From Camelus dromedarius (taxonomy: Eukaryota), in assembly GCF_036321535.1 (NCBI RefSeq), contig NC_087437.1, positions 30,878,001 to 30,942,000 of the forward strand: a stretch of DNA of 64,000 nucleotides, given 5' to 3'. Below the pieces are notes generated by a model. The model was not told the origin of the DNA. It did no database searches and saw only the letters and a program-made list of their open reading frames with translations. The position numbers and the translations under genes are program-made. Of this stretch, positions 14,666 through 29,070 are shown in pieces. The stretch's first letter is position 1. Every line of letters starts with the position of its first letter.

Positions 14666-17600
14666 GGGAGTAGCCAAGATGGTGAAGTAGGAAAACCCTA
14701 AGTCCACCTCCTCTCACGGGCACATGAAAATTTCAACTATTTATAGAGCAACTGTTGACAAGAATCTAGCAGAAAAGATCTTCTACAACTAAATAAAATA
14801 AAGAAAGAACCACAACAAGATGGGTAGGAGGGGCAGAGTTGCAGTATAGTCAAAACACATACCCCTAGGTGGGCGACTCACAGACTGGGAGGTTAATTAC
14901 CACTGCAGAGGTTCTCCCCAAGGAGCAACAATTTGGAGCCCTACATTGGACTCCCCAGCCCTGGGTCGTGCAGTGGGGAGATGAGCTCCCACAATGTTTG
15001 GTTTTCAAGGTCAATAGGGCTTACTTTAAGGAGAGCCAGGGGGCTGTGGGAAATGGAGACTCCACTCTTAAAGGGTACAAACACAATCTTTAAAAGATCC
15101 AAAACCCAGGGCAGAAGCAGTGATTTAAAAAGAGCCTGGGTCAAACCTACCTGCACATCTTAGAGAGTTTCCCAGAGAGGCAGGAGGCAACTGAAACTCA
15201 CCATGGAGACACAGACGCTGGTGGTGGCCTTTTTTTTTTTTTTCTTCCCCATTTTTTTCATTTTTCAGTTTAAGTATTGTTATAATTTGAGTGCACATAT
15301 ACAATATATTGCATGTAAATACATATACACAATATACTGCACATTTAAAAAAATTTATATATATGTACTGTTCATTGTTTCTAAGAATGTTTAGAGCTTT
15401 ATCTTTTTAAACTTACATAGTTATCAAAAGAATTAAGCCAACCACAAAGTAAGAGTTAATTCAGAAAGATACATACACCCCGCTACTAACAGCAGCATTA
15501 TTTATAATTACCACGATATGGAAGCATCATAAGTGCACATCAATAGATGAATAGATAAAGAAGATGCAGCATATATATGTAATGGAATACGACTCACCCA
15601 TAAAAAAGGATATTCTGCCATTTGTAGCCCTTCATTCACTTTCTTTTTTTTCCTTCAAAAACCAGAATTTTATAACTGGCATTAACATTTCCATTGCATT
15701 AAAAACAACAAAACACCTAGAAGTGAACTTATCTGAGGAGGTTACCTATACTCTGAAAACTGTAAAACATTGATGAAGGAAATTGAAGATGATACAGAGA
15801 AATGAAAAGATATCTTGTGCTCTTGGAAGAATCAACATTATCAAAATGGCCGTATTTTACCCAAAGCAATCTACAGATCCAATGCAACCCCTGTCAAAAT
15901 ACTTATTGGCATTCTTCACAGAACTAGAACAAACAATTCCAAATTTACCATAAAAGACCCTGAACTGCCAAAGCAATCTTTTGTAGGTCTTTTTTTGCCT
16001 CTTCTTTTTGTTATCTTTTCTTGTGGTTTGATGACTAGAGAAGGTCCTTTAGCATTTGTTGTAAAAGCTGGTTTGGTGGTGCTGAATTCTTTTAGCTTTT
16101 GTTTATCTGTTAAGCTTTTGATTTCTCCATCAAATCTAAACAAGAGACTTGCTGGATAGAGTGTTCTTGGTTGGTTTCCCCTTTCATCACTTTAAATATA
16201 TTGTGCCACTACTTTCTGGTCTAGAGTTTCTGCTGAAAAATCAGCTGATAACCTTATGGGAGCTTCCTTGTATGTTATTTGTTGCTTTTCTCTTGCTAAT
16301 TTTAATATTTTCTCCTTATCCTTAATTTTTGTCAATTTGATGACTATGTGCCTTGGTGTTTTCCTCTTTGGGTTGATCCTGTGTGGAACTCTCTGCACTT
16401 CCTGGACTTGGGTGACTGTTTCCTTTCCCAGGTTGGGGAAGTTTTCAGTTAACTCTCCAAATATGTTCTCAGGTTCTTTCTCTCTTTTTTCTTTCTGGGA
16501 CCCCTATAATGTGAATATTAGTGCACTTCATGTTGTCCTAGAATTCTCTTAAACTAGCCTCATTTCTTTTCATTCTTTCTTTTTTCTATTCTGCAGTATA
16601 AATTTCCACTAATCTGTCTTCTTCTGCTTCATTTAGTCTATTTTTGGTTCCTTCTAGTGTGCTATTCATTTCAGTGATTTTATTCTTCAGCTCTGGGTAT
16701 TCTTTATATTTTCCAACTCTTTGCTAAAAACTTCGCTCTGTGCATCTGTACTCCTTCTGAGTTCTCTGAACATCTTTGCCATCATTACTGTAAACTTCTC
16801 AGATAAATTGCCTATCTGCTCATCACTTATTTCTTCTTCTGGGATTTTATCTTGTGCCTTGGCCTGGGAAATATTCCTCTGCCACCTCATATTGTCTATC
16901 TATTTGTATTTTTAGGTAGATTAGTTACGTTTCTTAACCTTGGAGAGGTATACCCCCAGCAGTACACTCCTCTCTTATCACAGGCCAGGGTCCAGCCAGT
17001 CCCAGTTTAGAGTCTGGCCTGTGTTTGTGGATTCCTTCCACAGGCTTTGGGATTGTTGTTTTCTTATTTCTGGTATCTGCTCCTGGTGGATGAGGCTGAA
17101 CTAGAGGATTATATAGGTTTCCTGGCCACTGCTGGATGAACCTTGGTCCTGCACCTCTGGTGGATAGGGCTGTGTCTAGAGGCCTTTGTGGTTTAGGAAG
17201 TCTGCTGATGGGTGGGGCTGTGTTCCCACCCTGTGTGTTGTTTGGCCTGAGGCTTCCCTACAGGCTATTGGGTGGGACTACGTCTTGGTGCTAATGATCC
17301 AATCAAGATGTCAGCCTCCAGGAAAGCTCATGTAGATGAACACTCCTGGAATGTGGGGGTGGTGGAAGCCATTTTGAGGAGCTCACTCTTCCAGGAGCAC
17401 ACTGGTGTTGGCAAAGATCATTTTGGAATCCTCTCTCTAGCTTATTAGTGCTGGGAATGGGCCCCACCCACCAGCCTCTGAGCACCGGTGCTAGAATGCC
17501 TCAGATCAAGCAGCTAGCTGGGCAGAAACACAGCTCCACCCACAAATGGGCCAGGGATTAGGACCCCCTGACCACCCAGCACCCTGGGATCTGGACAACC

Positions 17601-19021
17601 CACCAGAGGGCCCAAGGCTTGGCCCCGCCTACCAGGGGGTTGAAACAGCTCTGGGACGACTTGGGACCCTTAACCAGCTGCCCTGGGATCTAGCCCCACT
17701 TACTAGCAGGCCAACATCAGTTTTGGGACACCCTGAACCCCATAGCCAGCCATGTCAGGGGCCAGCCTGGCTCACCAACAGGCTGACACTATCTGGTACC
17801 CCTGGCTCTGCAACCAGCACTAGCCCTGGGACCTCCGGGGCTCTGCAATCAGCTGCCTCATATCTGTCCCTGCCCACCAGCAGCCTCTATGCAGGGCAAG
17901 GCCTGGCAACAACCAACAGGACTGGGGACGAGCCATGCCTGCCCGACTGCACACAGTAGTCAGCTCACCACAACAGAAGAGCATGTACAACCCACTTCAG
18001 GGGCACCCCTAGAACATATAGCTCTGGTGACTAGAGCAGGGTGTGCTGCTGGATATTTATCTGAAGAAAACAAAAATACTAATTAGAAAACGTGTACCTT
18101 TATGTTTATTGTAGCATTATTTACTATTATTATTAGTAGCCAAGCAACCTAAGTGCCCATCAACGGATGAGTGGATAAATAAGATGTCACACACACACAC
18201 AAACACACGGAGGAATGTTAGTCAGTCATAAAAAAGATTGCAGTCTGCCATTTGCCATTTGCCATAACATGGATGGACCTAGAGGGTATTATGCTAATAA
18301 GTCTGACAGAATCAGATTGATATGTGGAATCTAAAAAACAAAACAAATGAACAAACATAACAAAGCAGAAACAGAGTTATTACAGAGAAGAAGCAAGTGT
18401 TTGCCAGAGGGGAGAGGATGGGAAGAGGAGAGAAATAAGTGAGGTAAATTAAGAGGTACAAACTTTCAGATGCAAAAGTCACGAGTATGAAGTGTACAGT
18501 GAGAAAAATAGTCAATTCTTAGGTAGTATGCTGATGGATGGTCATGAGACTTACTGTGGTGATGACCTTGAAATGTTTAGAAATACTGAATCAGGGTGTT
18601 GTGTAACAGGAACTAATACAGTCTTGTAGGTCAATTATACTTCAAAAAGTAACTCAGAAAAGAGATCAGATTTGTGGTTACCTGGACCCAGGGTATAGGG
18701 AGAGGGGGAATTGGATGAAGGCAATCAAAAGGTACATACTTCTGGTTTAAGATAAATGTGTACTAGAGATGTAATCTACAACATGTATAAATACAGTTAA
18801 CACTGCTGTATGTTATATATAAAAGCTAAGAGAATAAATCCTAAGAGTTCTTGTCAGAAGGATAAATATTTTTTCTGTTTTTTAAAAATTTCATAACTAT
18901 ATGAGGTGATGGATGTTCACTAAACTTATCATGGTAATCATTTCATGACGTATGAAGGTCAAATCATTATGCTGTACACCTTAAACTTTTATAATATCTC
19001 AATAGAACTGGAAGGAAAAAA
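14666..19021. mobile_element. Composite L1 block (sense 5' UTR, antisense ORF1, sense ORF2 fragment, sense 3' end)
   Basis: 5' end ccaagatgg at about 14674; minus-strand ORF1 peptide QRVPHRINPKRKTPRHIVIKLTKIKDKEKILK..IRLSADFS (16192-16398); plus-strand ORF2 peptide ILPKAIYRSNATPVKI; L1MA-type 3' end to about 19021. Confidence 0.85.
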
Positions 19022-20094
19022 TAAGTATATGTTCCTTGGAGTCGTATCAAAAGCAAGACTAAATAGAGACTAATTGAAGTCTTCATATACGCCGGTCTTC
19101 TATGAGTTAAATGTTTGGAAATCTGTTTTGGCTACTTTGATACCTTTTCTGCTTCCTTCATTTTCAAACAGTGCACTATAGGCTTATCAGATGAGTGTGA
19201 TTATTAAGTAAGAAAGATCTTACTGAGCCAGTAACATGATGATTTCTCATTTATCAAAGAATGATTTATTCAGTAAGATCTATTTACTGAGGAGGTGACA
19301 ATATAAATAAATACATTTAAGAAAAGTTATCCCTGGTTCCCGTAATCAAAATTATTTTCTAATTGAGATAATTTTTGACAATGTGTCTTATTTAACTACA
19401 TCATCTGGAAATTGAGTTGGCTAGGAAAGTATTCCCTGAGTTAAATAGTATTATTATTAATTGACATGTTACAGTATTTTGCTTTTTCTAGTGTCAGAAG
19501 CAAGTTCTTTTCAACTCAGAATTTTCTTCCATGATAAGAATAGCCAAATAAATATAGTAATTATGGATTCATTTGTTTGTGAATTGTCTTGACCTCTTTT
19601 CTCTGTTGCCCATCTTTTGGCTTTAATATCCTATCTCCACAGCACAGCTTTCTGCAGACTATTCCTTTGGGGCCAAAGCTTGGAGGAATTTATATCTGCC
19701 TAGTTTTAATACCAACTTAGGTACTTTCTAAGCTCAGAGTACCTTTTAAAATGCTTTTAAATTAAACTCAGATGTAAGTATTAAAGAAATCTTTATTTTA
19801 AACAGATGAATTAATTTAAAGTACATTAAGTGGAAAATTTGCCAGTGTTTAATAGAAATTAACCTCAGGTCAAATTTCTAATCTAGTTTTGTTTTGTAAC
19901 TAGGCCTTTTAAGAACTGTATAATTATATATAATAATTCCAAGTTATCTACATTTCACAAACTTCCTTTATTTTTTGGGCACAAAAATAACAGCTATTCT
20001 AAAAACAAGAAATATAAATGATTAAATTAGCAAAATAAATTGGATAATTTTCTTATGATTTATATTAACATCAATTTATTTTCTTTTGGAACAG

Positions 20095-20192
20095 ATGATG
20101 AATAAGGTATTTGGAGGTACTGTGCACAAAAAAAGTGTTAGAGAAGATGGAGTCTTCAGTGTTAGTGTGGATAACACATGCTCATTATTCAG
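20095..20192 (+). CDS. GMPS: GMPS exon 4
   Basis: gaacag|ATGATG...TTCAG|gtatta; MMNKVFGGTVHKKSVREDGVFSVSVDNTCSLFR. Confidence 0.97.
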
Positions 20193-22191
20193 GTATTACA
20201 GATATTTTTAATAAATAAGAATGTTAGTAGATTAACTTAAAGCTGGGAATGTTATTCTTCAAAATTGGAGATTCTGTAGTTCTGAGACAAAATTAAGGCT
20301 ACAGTAGTGGCCAAAGGTGTTAATTGTCATATTTGTCTTCCAATTGAGTGTCAAGATGGCAGAGGATGGTGATACTAATAAAGAATAAGAAAAGCACTTA
20401 ATGATATAATTTAAAAGCACTACTTTCTTGGACCCCCATTTGGGATTACGTATTGTGATGCCAGCATTTGTAGTTTTTCCCTTTTCACTCCTGTGAATTG
20501 TGGTTCTAAACATTACAGTGACACATGTGGCAGCTGGAAGTTAAACTGTCCTGCACTTGTGTACCTCTGCCTCTGTTCCATGTTCTTGCTCTCGGTACTT
20601 AGCAAGGTACCCATTTGCTGGACTCATTACTAAACATGTGTTTTATTTCTCTCTTCTTCACTTTCTCTACTGTACCTGAGCATAACTGTACCTGATATAT
20701 TCTCTTTTAAATACAGCAAGTGCATTAATTGCTTTTATTGCTAGGTGATAATCGATTAGGTGCAGTAGCTTTAATATATTTAAAAATTGGTGAATGAGCT
20801 GTTCAGTAGCTTCTTACAGTCATTTATTTTCTTTACTTAAAAAAATAAAAAGGCTGAGTTTTCATTCAGTTTTCTCAAAGACTAGAAAACTTAAGCTTTG
20901 GTCACTTGCTTTCCTTTTCTGGGTTTTCCCATGTTTTGAGTATTGCCCATTTAGGTGTACTGGTGTATTGGTGGAGTTACTTTTTTTTTTTAACCTAAAT
21001 TTCATTTTTATTTAAAAATCACATTTCCCCCTAACTGTATTAAATCTGTAAAATGCAGGCTGATATCAACGACTGAGCACATGTAGTTTTTATTTTCATT
21101 TCTTATAGCTGTGCTAATTATTATTAGTTACAGATTTGTTTATTTACAGATATTCTTAAGGCTCTATTGAGTTGTGCCGAAGTTAATTTTTAGTGAATAG
21201 TTTTCTCCAAATTAGACATATCAGAAATTTTAAAGTCCAAGTTAAGAATTTGTTTTTATTTGAAATGGAGATATGATCCCAGTTTTTACACAAAATTGGC
21301 TGTGGCTGGCTCTTCTTCAATATTAGAAGGAGCAAAGATAAAAGTATCTGTGTTCAAAGATTCTCATTTTTCAAAGGAATATTAATAAAAAAGCAAAAGT
21401 TGCTCAAAATAATTTTATGAACTGAAGCTACTCATTCCCAAAATACATTTTGATATCCGATGCTTTTTCTACTTCATAATGGAGAAGTGTTGCTTGCATT
21501 CAGCTGTATTTCAAGTGACTGCTTGTGAGAACTGCTTCAGGAATCTTGCTGGTGGTATGTGATACTACAAGAGGCTTTAAATGTAAAGATCTGGCTAAGA
21601 TTTAAAGTTTTTCTGTGTTTCTAATTGTAAAATTCTGGTACTCAGTTACAACCTACACTAATCCTTCCTAACAATGGTAATGATAATAACCACCCCAAAA
21701 TATCCTTTTGTCTTTAATGTACTTTATCTTCTTGTTTTATTTTTAATTTTTAATTTCTTAATCTTATTTGATACCAAGTTCTTGTTCAGACTTTTTCATA
21801 ATGTAGAAAATACCTTTTTATGGTTGATTGGTTTGAATCTGAGTCCAAAGAAAGTTCACACAGTTGCATTTGATGTTACTTACATCCGTTTTAAACTATG
21901 CCATTAATGATGGCTGTTCTTAAGATAAATCCCAACAGAGATGTAATTTTGAAATTATTAATTTTATGGCCTCTTGAAACTTTTTCTATGTGTATGGTTA
22001 TACCACCAACTTTATATGTTTCAGTTTTCAGTTTTTATGGATTGTCTTTTTTTGAGATTTCATATTATTATAGGTTTTATAATGGACAGAATAAACAAAT
22101 TCTATCAGTGTTGCACTGTTACATACTTTCTCTATTTTCTTGATTTATACATAGAACAAGCTAGTATTTCTAAAGCCCAAAACTTCTAATT

Positions 22192-22450
22192 ATAAGAAGA
22201 ATAAGTTCTAGGAATCTAATGTACAATGTGTTGGCTGCAGTTAACAATACTGTATTTGTACACTTGAAAGTTGCTAAGAGAGTAGATCTTAAATGTTCCC
22301 ACCACACACAAAAAATGCTAACTATGTGAGGTGGTGGATGTGTTAACTAACCTTTATTGTGGTAATCATTTTACATTATATATATCAAATCATCACATTG
22401 CATATTTACATAATGTTGTATGTCATTTATATCTCAATAAAGCTAGAAAC
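22192..22450 (+). mobile_element. L1MA-type 3' end fragment
   Basis: aataagttctag..gaaagttgctaagagagtagatcttaaatgttc..tatatctcaataaagct. Confidence 0.8.
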
Positions 22451-22525
22451 AAAGCAAAATATTCCATTAATCTTGTCTTATAATTAAGCTATTTGTGTAT
22501 TGTGTTTTATTTTTTATGTGTTTAG

Positions 22526-22629
22526 GGGCCTTCAGAAGGAAGAAATTGTTTTGCTTACCCATGGAGATAGTGTAGACAAAGTAGCTGATGGATTCAAGGT
22601 TGTGGCACGTTCTGGGAACATTGTGGCAG
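22526..22629 (+). CDS. GMPS: GMPS exon 5
   Basis: gtttag|GGGCC...GCAG|gtgaaa; GLQKEEIVLLTHGDSVDKVADGFKVVARSGNIVA. Confidence 0.97.
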
Positions 22630-23020
22630 GTGAAAATTCTAAAACTTTTGCAAATTTAATTTTTAAAAGTTTATCTGAAGAGTCTAAGCTATGTTTCTGT
22701 ATGAGGTACAGTTTTTGATGTTTCTTATTTTGTAAAGATAATGTAAATGTCATGAGGTCAACCATTAATTTACGAAAGGTATTTATTTAATATTAGAAGG
22801 ATTATTTAGAAGTCACTAGTTTGCTATAAAATACTTTTAAAAATGTTTATTCTGATATGTTTTTCAGATATAAAATACAGCTATTACAACTCAGGAAAAA
22901 TTTGAGAACTGTCTTTCTAGCATGCTATATTCATAATTGCCCCCCCCCCCTTTAATGACTTTCTTAGGTATATATAGGCATGTATATACCAGACTAAGCA
23001 TTCAGGACATTTCTCTGAAC

Positions 23021-23208
23021 CAGGGTTGTTAGACTGTTACCTGTGAGTCAGATCTATCTGTAGTCTGTTTTTGTTTATTTCCAGGAACTAAGAATGATTT
23101 TTACCTTATTAAAAGGTAGTAATAAAAGACAGGGACTTGTATGTATGTGTCCCACCAAGCTTAAAATTTATACTATCTGGCCCTTTGTAGGAAGTTTGCC
23201 AACTCACG
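23021..23208. mobile_element. hAT-Charlie MITE (MER58-like)
   Basis: cagggttg...tactatctggccctttgtaggaagtttgccaactc. Confidence 0.65.
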
Positions 23209-23226
23209 TTCTAAACCATTTTTTGT

Positions 23227-23268
23227 TCTCTCTCTCTCTCTCTTTTTTTTTTTTTTTTTTTTTTTTTT
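23227..23268. repeat. (TC)n-(T)n compound microsatellite
   Basis: Direct inspection. Confidence 0.9.
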
Positions 23269-23569
23269 GAGGAAAAGGAGTTGATTTTCTGACAGTTTCT
23301 GATTTTTCCCTTGCTTGCTTGAATAATTGTAACATAAATAATCACCAGTAATCCTGGATATCAGTAAAATAAAAAAGTGAGTTTATCAGTGAAGTTCTTG
23401 TTTGAAATGCCACACCTGAAAAATTGGAAAAAAGATTTGTGGATAAATTGAATTGAGTAATTTGCCTGCAATTCAATGATAGACTAATATATTAGCATCA
23501 AAATTATCAAGAATGGTTTTCATGTTGTCAGGTTTTAATTTCATATGAAAGATCAAAAGTGGTAGGTAG

Positions 23570-24290
23570 GTTTATTTATTTTTATTCACTCAGCAAATAT
23601 TTGCGTACCCACATATGCCAGGCAAAGTTCCGGGTGCCAATGAACAAAATGGACAAAAATCTCTGTTTAATGTGCTAGTTGGTGAGGGCAGGGGTGGGTT
23701 ATGGATGGGTCTGACAGTACACAGATAAATGCAGAATGTCAGATGTTAGACAATGTTGAAGTTCATTGAAAAAACAGAAGAGAGGAGTGTTGTGAAATGT
23801 ATGATTAGGGTTGAGTTACTCTTTTATATAGGATATTCTGAGAAGGTGTTTCTATTAGATGATATTGGACATGGAGGAAGTAAGTGCTGATCTCTCTGGA
23901 TATTTGGGGAAAGAGTATATGGCAGTACAAAGCTCCTGGAATGGGACCATGTTTGAGGAGCAGCAGGGAAACCGTGTGGTTAGAGCAGAGTAAGCATAGG
24001 GGAGTGTGGTAGTTGAGGTCAGAGAGGTTTTGAAAGTTAGAACATGACCTTTGAGGCCATTGTGAAAATGTTGGCTTTACTCATAGTAAGGTGGAGTTTT
24101 GAACAAAGGAGGGAGAGACATGATCTGATTTCAGGATTACCCTGGTTATAGTGAGGAAAAAAGAGACAGAGTTAAATGTAGAAGCAGAGAGACCAGCTAG
24201 AAGTCTATTATATATTACAGTAATCAGGAAAGGAGACTATGTGCAAGGAACCGGGTGGTGGAGGTGCAAGTGCTCAGGGGTGATTGAATT
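23570..24290 (-). mobile_element. L2 3' part (resumes at about 29070-29560 after nested L1s)
   Basis: ttcactcagcaaatatttgcgtacccacatatgccaggc is the L2 3' terminus; purine-rich L2 body follows. Confidence 0.7.
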
Positions 24291-26040
24291 CTCATACAGA
24301 TATTTTACATATTTTGTTAGACTGATACCTAAGTATTTCATTTTGGGGGGGAGGTGCTAATATTAATTGAATTGTATTTTTAATTTTAAATTCCACTTTT
24401 TCATTGCTGGTACATGGGAAAGCAGTGAACTTTTATGTAATTGTAATCACTTACTGATTCCAAGTGTTTTTGGTTGATTTTTTCAAATTTTATATGTAGA
24501 CGATCATGTCATCTGTGAACAAAGTCTGTTTTATTTCTTTTTTCCCATTCTGTATATCTTTCATTTCCTTTTCTTCTCCTATTGTATTAGCTAGGACTTC
24601 TAGTATGTTGAAAAGCGGTGGTGAGAGGGAACATGCTTGCTTCGTTTTTGATCTTAGTGGGAAAGTTTTGAGTTTCTATGGTTAGGTATGATGTTTAGCT
24701 GTAGGTTTTTTAAAAGATACTCTTCATTAGTTGGAGAAGTTCCCCTCTATTCCTAATCTGTGGAGAGTTTTTAATCATTAGTGGGTGTTCGGATATTTTT
24801 CAGATGCTTTTTCTGCGTCTGTTGATATGATCATGTAATGTTTCTTTTAGCCTACTGATGTGATGGATTACATTAACTGATTTTTGAATGTTGAACTAGC
24901 CTTGCTGGGATAAATCCTGCTTGGTCATGGTGTATAATTCTTTTTATACATTGTTAGTTTCATTTTTGGGGAGGATTTTTACATCTGTGTTTATGAAAGA
25001 TATTGGTGTTTAGTTTTTTTTTTGTAATACAGTAATGGATTCATCTCTTCTTTGAGAATGGACGACTCCTTTATATTTACATATATATGTATATATGCCT
25101 CTATTCTTGATAACTTTTCTTGGCTGAAGTCTGCTCTGATATTAATATAGCTACTCATGCTGTCTTATAATTAGTGTTACCATGATAATACTTTTTTCTG
25201 TCTATTGTCTTTTAATCTGTATGTGTTCTTATATTTAAAGTGCATTTCTCGTAGACAATACATATTTAGGTTTTGCTTCTTGATCCACGGTAACAATCTC
25301 TGTATTTTATTGGTGCATTTAGACCATTGGTGTTTAAAGTGATTGTTGATAAGATTGGATTAATATCTTTCTTATCTGTTACTGTCTTATATTTGTTGTT
25401 TTTGTTCTTTGTTCCTATTTTGTTTTTCTGTTCTTTTTCTGCCTTTTATGGTTTTAATTGAGCATTTTGTATGATTCCATTTTCTTTTTTCATAACATGT
25501 AAGTTATACTTCTTTTTTTTTTTTTTTTTTTACTTTTCTCAGAAAAAGTTGCCCTAGATTTTACAATATACATTTACAACTAACCCAGGTTCACTTTCAA
25601 ATAATGTTACACCACTTCACAGGTAGTGTACCTTATAATAACAAAATAAAACTAATTCTTCCCTCTTATTCCCTTTACATTGCTGTCATTCATGTCACTT
25701 AGAAGTAAGCATGAATAAGATTATCTGTATATATAAGCATACATAACTATACATTGTTGCTATTATTTCGAATGAACTTATCTGTTAAATCTATTAGGAA
25801 GGAAAAGGTTTTATTTTGCCTACATTCCTTTTTTGATGTTCCTTTTTTTAGGTAGATCCAAGTTTTTGATCTTTATCATTTTTCTTCTCTCTAAAGAACT
25901 TCTTTTAACATTTCTTGCAAGACAGTCTACTGGCAACAAATTGCCTCAATTTTTGTTTGAGAAAATCTTTTATTTTTCCAGTACTTTTGAAGGATAATGT
26001 CTCAGGGCACAGACTTCTGGGTTGGTGGTTTTTTTTCTCC
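24291..26040 (-). mobile_element. Old L1 ORF2-region fragments
   Basis: Antisense L1 motifs such as gatcatgtcatctgtgaac and ttagctaggacttctagtatgttg. Confidence 0.75.
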
Positions 26041-26044
26041 TAAC

Positions 26045-29000
26045 ATTTAAAAAAAATTTAACTTTTCCTGCTTTATTGAATTATAATTGACAAAATTATA
26101 AGATATTTAAAGTGTACAGTGTGATGATTTGATGTACATATACATTGTGAAAGGATTTTCCCCCACTGAGTTAATCTAACCCATCCATCACATCACATAT
26201 GGCTGATCCTTACACAGCACAGGCTTTAACTGTGTGGGTCAATTTATATGTGGATTTTTTTCACTAAATCACAGTACTGTGTAATCTGTGGTTGGTTGAA
26301 ATTGTGGGTACAGAAGGCCAACAGTAAAGTTGTATGTAGGTTTTTGTTTGCACTAAGGTTAGGGACCCCTAAGCCCCACATTTTTCATTTTTCAAGGGTC
26401 AATTGTATTTCCTTTTCTTTTTCTTTCTTTCTTTTTTTTTTTGGTGAGAACATTTAAGTTCTACTGGCTTAGCAAGTTTCCATCATCTAATACAGTGTTA
26501 TCAGCTATAGTCACCATATTATACATTAGATCCTCAGACTTTATCTTCTGAGAGTTTGTACCCTTTTACCAACCTCTTTGTATTCACTCCATCCCCCAAC
26601 CCCTGGCTGCCACTTTTCCATTTTCTGTTTAGAATTCAGCTTTTTTTTTTTTTTTTTTAAAGATTCTACTAAGTGATATCATGCATTGTTTGTCTTTCTC
26701 TGTCTGGCTTACTTAGTTTATAGCTCTCTAGGTTCATCCATGTTGTTGCAAATGACAGGATTTCCTTTTTTGAGGCTGTGTACTATTCCAGAGTGTGTGT
26801 GTGTGTATTCTGTCTGTTTGTCTGTCTGTCTATCACATTTTCTTTATCCATTCATCTGTCAGTGAACACTTAGTATGTTTCTACACCTTGGCCATTGTGA
26901 ATAATGCTACAGTGAACATACAGATATTTCTTTGAGATTTCGCTTTATTTCCTTTGGATATATATCTAGTAGTGGGATTGTTGGATCATATGGTAGTTCT
27001 ATTTTTAATTTTTTGTGGAATCTCCATATTGTTTTTCATAGTGGCTCTGCCAGTTTACAGTATACATTTCTACCAACAGTCTACAAGGATTCACTTTCCT
27101 CCGTATCTTTGCCAGCATTTGGTATGTTGTCTTTTTTATAATAGACATCCTAACAGGTGTGAGGTGATATGTCATTGTGGGCTTGATTTGCATTTCCTTG
27201 ATGATTAGTGGTGTTGAGGACCTTTTTATGTACCTGTTGGCCATTTGTAGGCCTTCTTTGGAAAAATGTCTATTCAGATCCTTTGCCCACTTTTTATTTG
27301 GGTTATTTGGTTTTTTTTTTTGCTATTGAATTGTGTGAATTCTTTGTATGTTTTAGGTATTAACTTCTTACTGGATAGTTTGCAAGTATTTTCTCTCATT
27401 TCATAGGTTGTCTTTTTGTTTTGTTGATAGTTTTTGCTGTGCAAAGACTTTTTAGTTTGAGGTGGTCTGATTTGTTTATTTTTGCTTTTGTTGCCTTTTC
27501 TTTTGGTGTCAAATCCAAAAAACCATTACCAAGGTCATTGTCAAGGAACTTTGCCCCTATGTTTTTTTCTAGGAATTTTATGATTTCAGGTTTCATATTA
27601 AAGTCTGTGATGCATTTTGAATTGAATTTTGTGTATGGTTTAAGACAGGGATCCAGTTTCATTCTGTTACATGTGGCTATCCAGTTTTCCCAACACCATT
27701 TATTGAAGGGACTATCCTTTGCTCATTATGTATTCTTGGCTCCTTTGTCATAAATTGACTGTATGTCTGTGGGTTTATTTTTGGGCCTTTGATTCTGTTC
27801 CATAGGTCTGTTTTTATCCCAATACCATACTGTTTTGATGACGCAACCTTTGTAGTATACTTTGAAATGTGATGCTTCCAGATTTATTATTCTTTCTCAA
27901 GATTGATTTAGCTATTTGGGATCTTTTGCGATTCCATACACATTTTGGGATTGTTTTTTCTATTGTGAAAAAAGTTATTGGAATTTGGATAGAGATCGAA
28001 TTGAATCTGTAGATTACTTTGGATAGAATTTACATTTTAACAATATTAATTCTAATCCTTGGACATGAAATATCTTTTTATTTATGCCTCCAGTTTCTTT
28101 CATCAAGGTATTAGAGTGTTCCGTGTACAGATTTTTCTCCTTTTTGGTTAAATTTATTCCTGTTTTATTCTTTTTAATTTTGTTGATGGGAATGTTTTCT
28201 TATTTCTCCTTCTGATAGTTTGTTGTTGGTGCATACACAGTTGATTTCTATATGTTGATTTTTCTATCCTGCAACTTTGCTAAAATAATTTATTAGTAAT
28301 AATAGTGTTTTGGTGGAGTCTTTAGGGTTTTCTAGATATAATGTCACATCATCTGCAAATAGAGACAAATAGACAGTTTTACTTCTTCATTTCCAGTTTG
28401 GATCACTTTTATTTCTTTTCCATAACTGATTGGTCTGGGTAGGATTTCCAGTACTATGTTGAATGAAAGTGACCAGAGTGGGCATCCTTGTCTTGTTCCT
28501 GATCTTAGAGGAAAGGCTTTTCACCATTGAGTGTGATGTTAATTGTGGGCTTGTTGTATATGGCCTTCATTATGTTGAGGTACATTCCTTCTGTCTCCAG
28601 TTTGTTGAGAGTTTGTGTCATGTATGGGTGTTGAATTTTATCTGTTGCTCTTTCTGCATCTGTTGAAATGACCATATTACTTTTATCCTTCATTTTGTTA
28701 ATGTGGTGTATCACTTGATTGGCAGATGTTGAACCATCTCTGCATCCCTGGAATAAATCCCACTTGATTATGTCATGTGATCCTTTTAATATATTGTATT
28801 TGGTTTGCTAATACTTTGTTGAGGACTTTTTACAACTATATTTATCAGAGATAATTGGCCTGTGATTTTCTTTTCTTGTCATCTTTTCTTGTCTGGCTTT
28901 GATATCAGAGTATTGCTTGCATCATAGAATGAGTTTGGAAGTGTTCTTGTCTTTCTTATTTTTTTGGAAGAGTTGGATAAGAGTTGGTATTATTTCTTTA

Positions 29001-29070
29001 AATGTTTGGTAGAGTTCACTGGTAAAGCCATCTGGTCCTGCCAGTTTTGGGGAGGTGTTTGATTATTGAT
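26045..29070 (-). mobile_element. L1 (L1MA-type) 3' UTR plus ORF2 C-terminal half
   Basis: Minus-strand peptides [41 protein letters not shown] and [25 protein letters not shown] are degenerate L1 ORF2p. Confidence 0.9.
26200..26405. mobile_element. Tigger-family MITE (MER8-like) nested in L1
   Basis: TA-flanked; ends tggctgatcctt... and ...ttcaagggtcaattg. Confidence 0.7.

Noticed and set aside
17546..17959. 137-aa Pro/Gly-rich ORF
   Set aside because: Lies in the C-rich L1 5' UTR, where stop codons are rare by composition.
26932..28714. ORFs resembling reverse transcriptase protein
   Set aside because: Frameshifted, stop-riddled L1 ORF2 relics, not an active element or a retron-like system.
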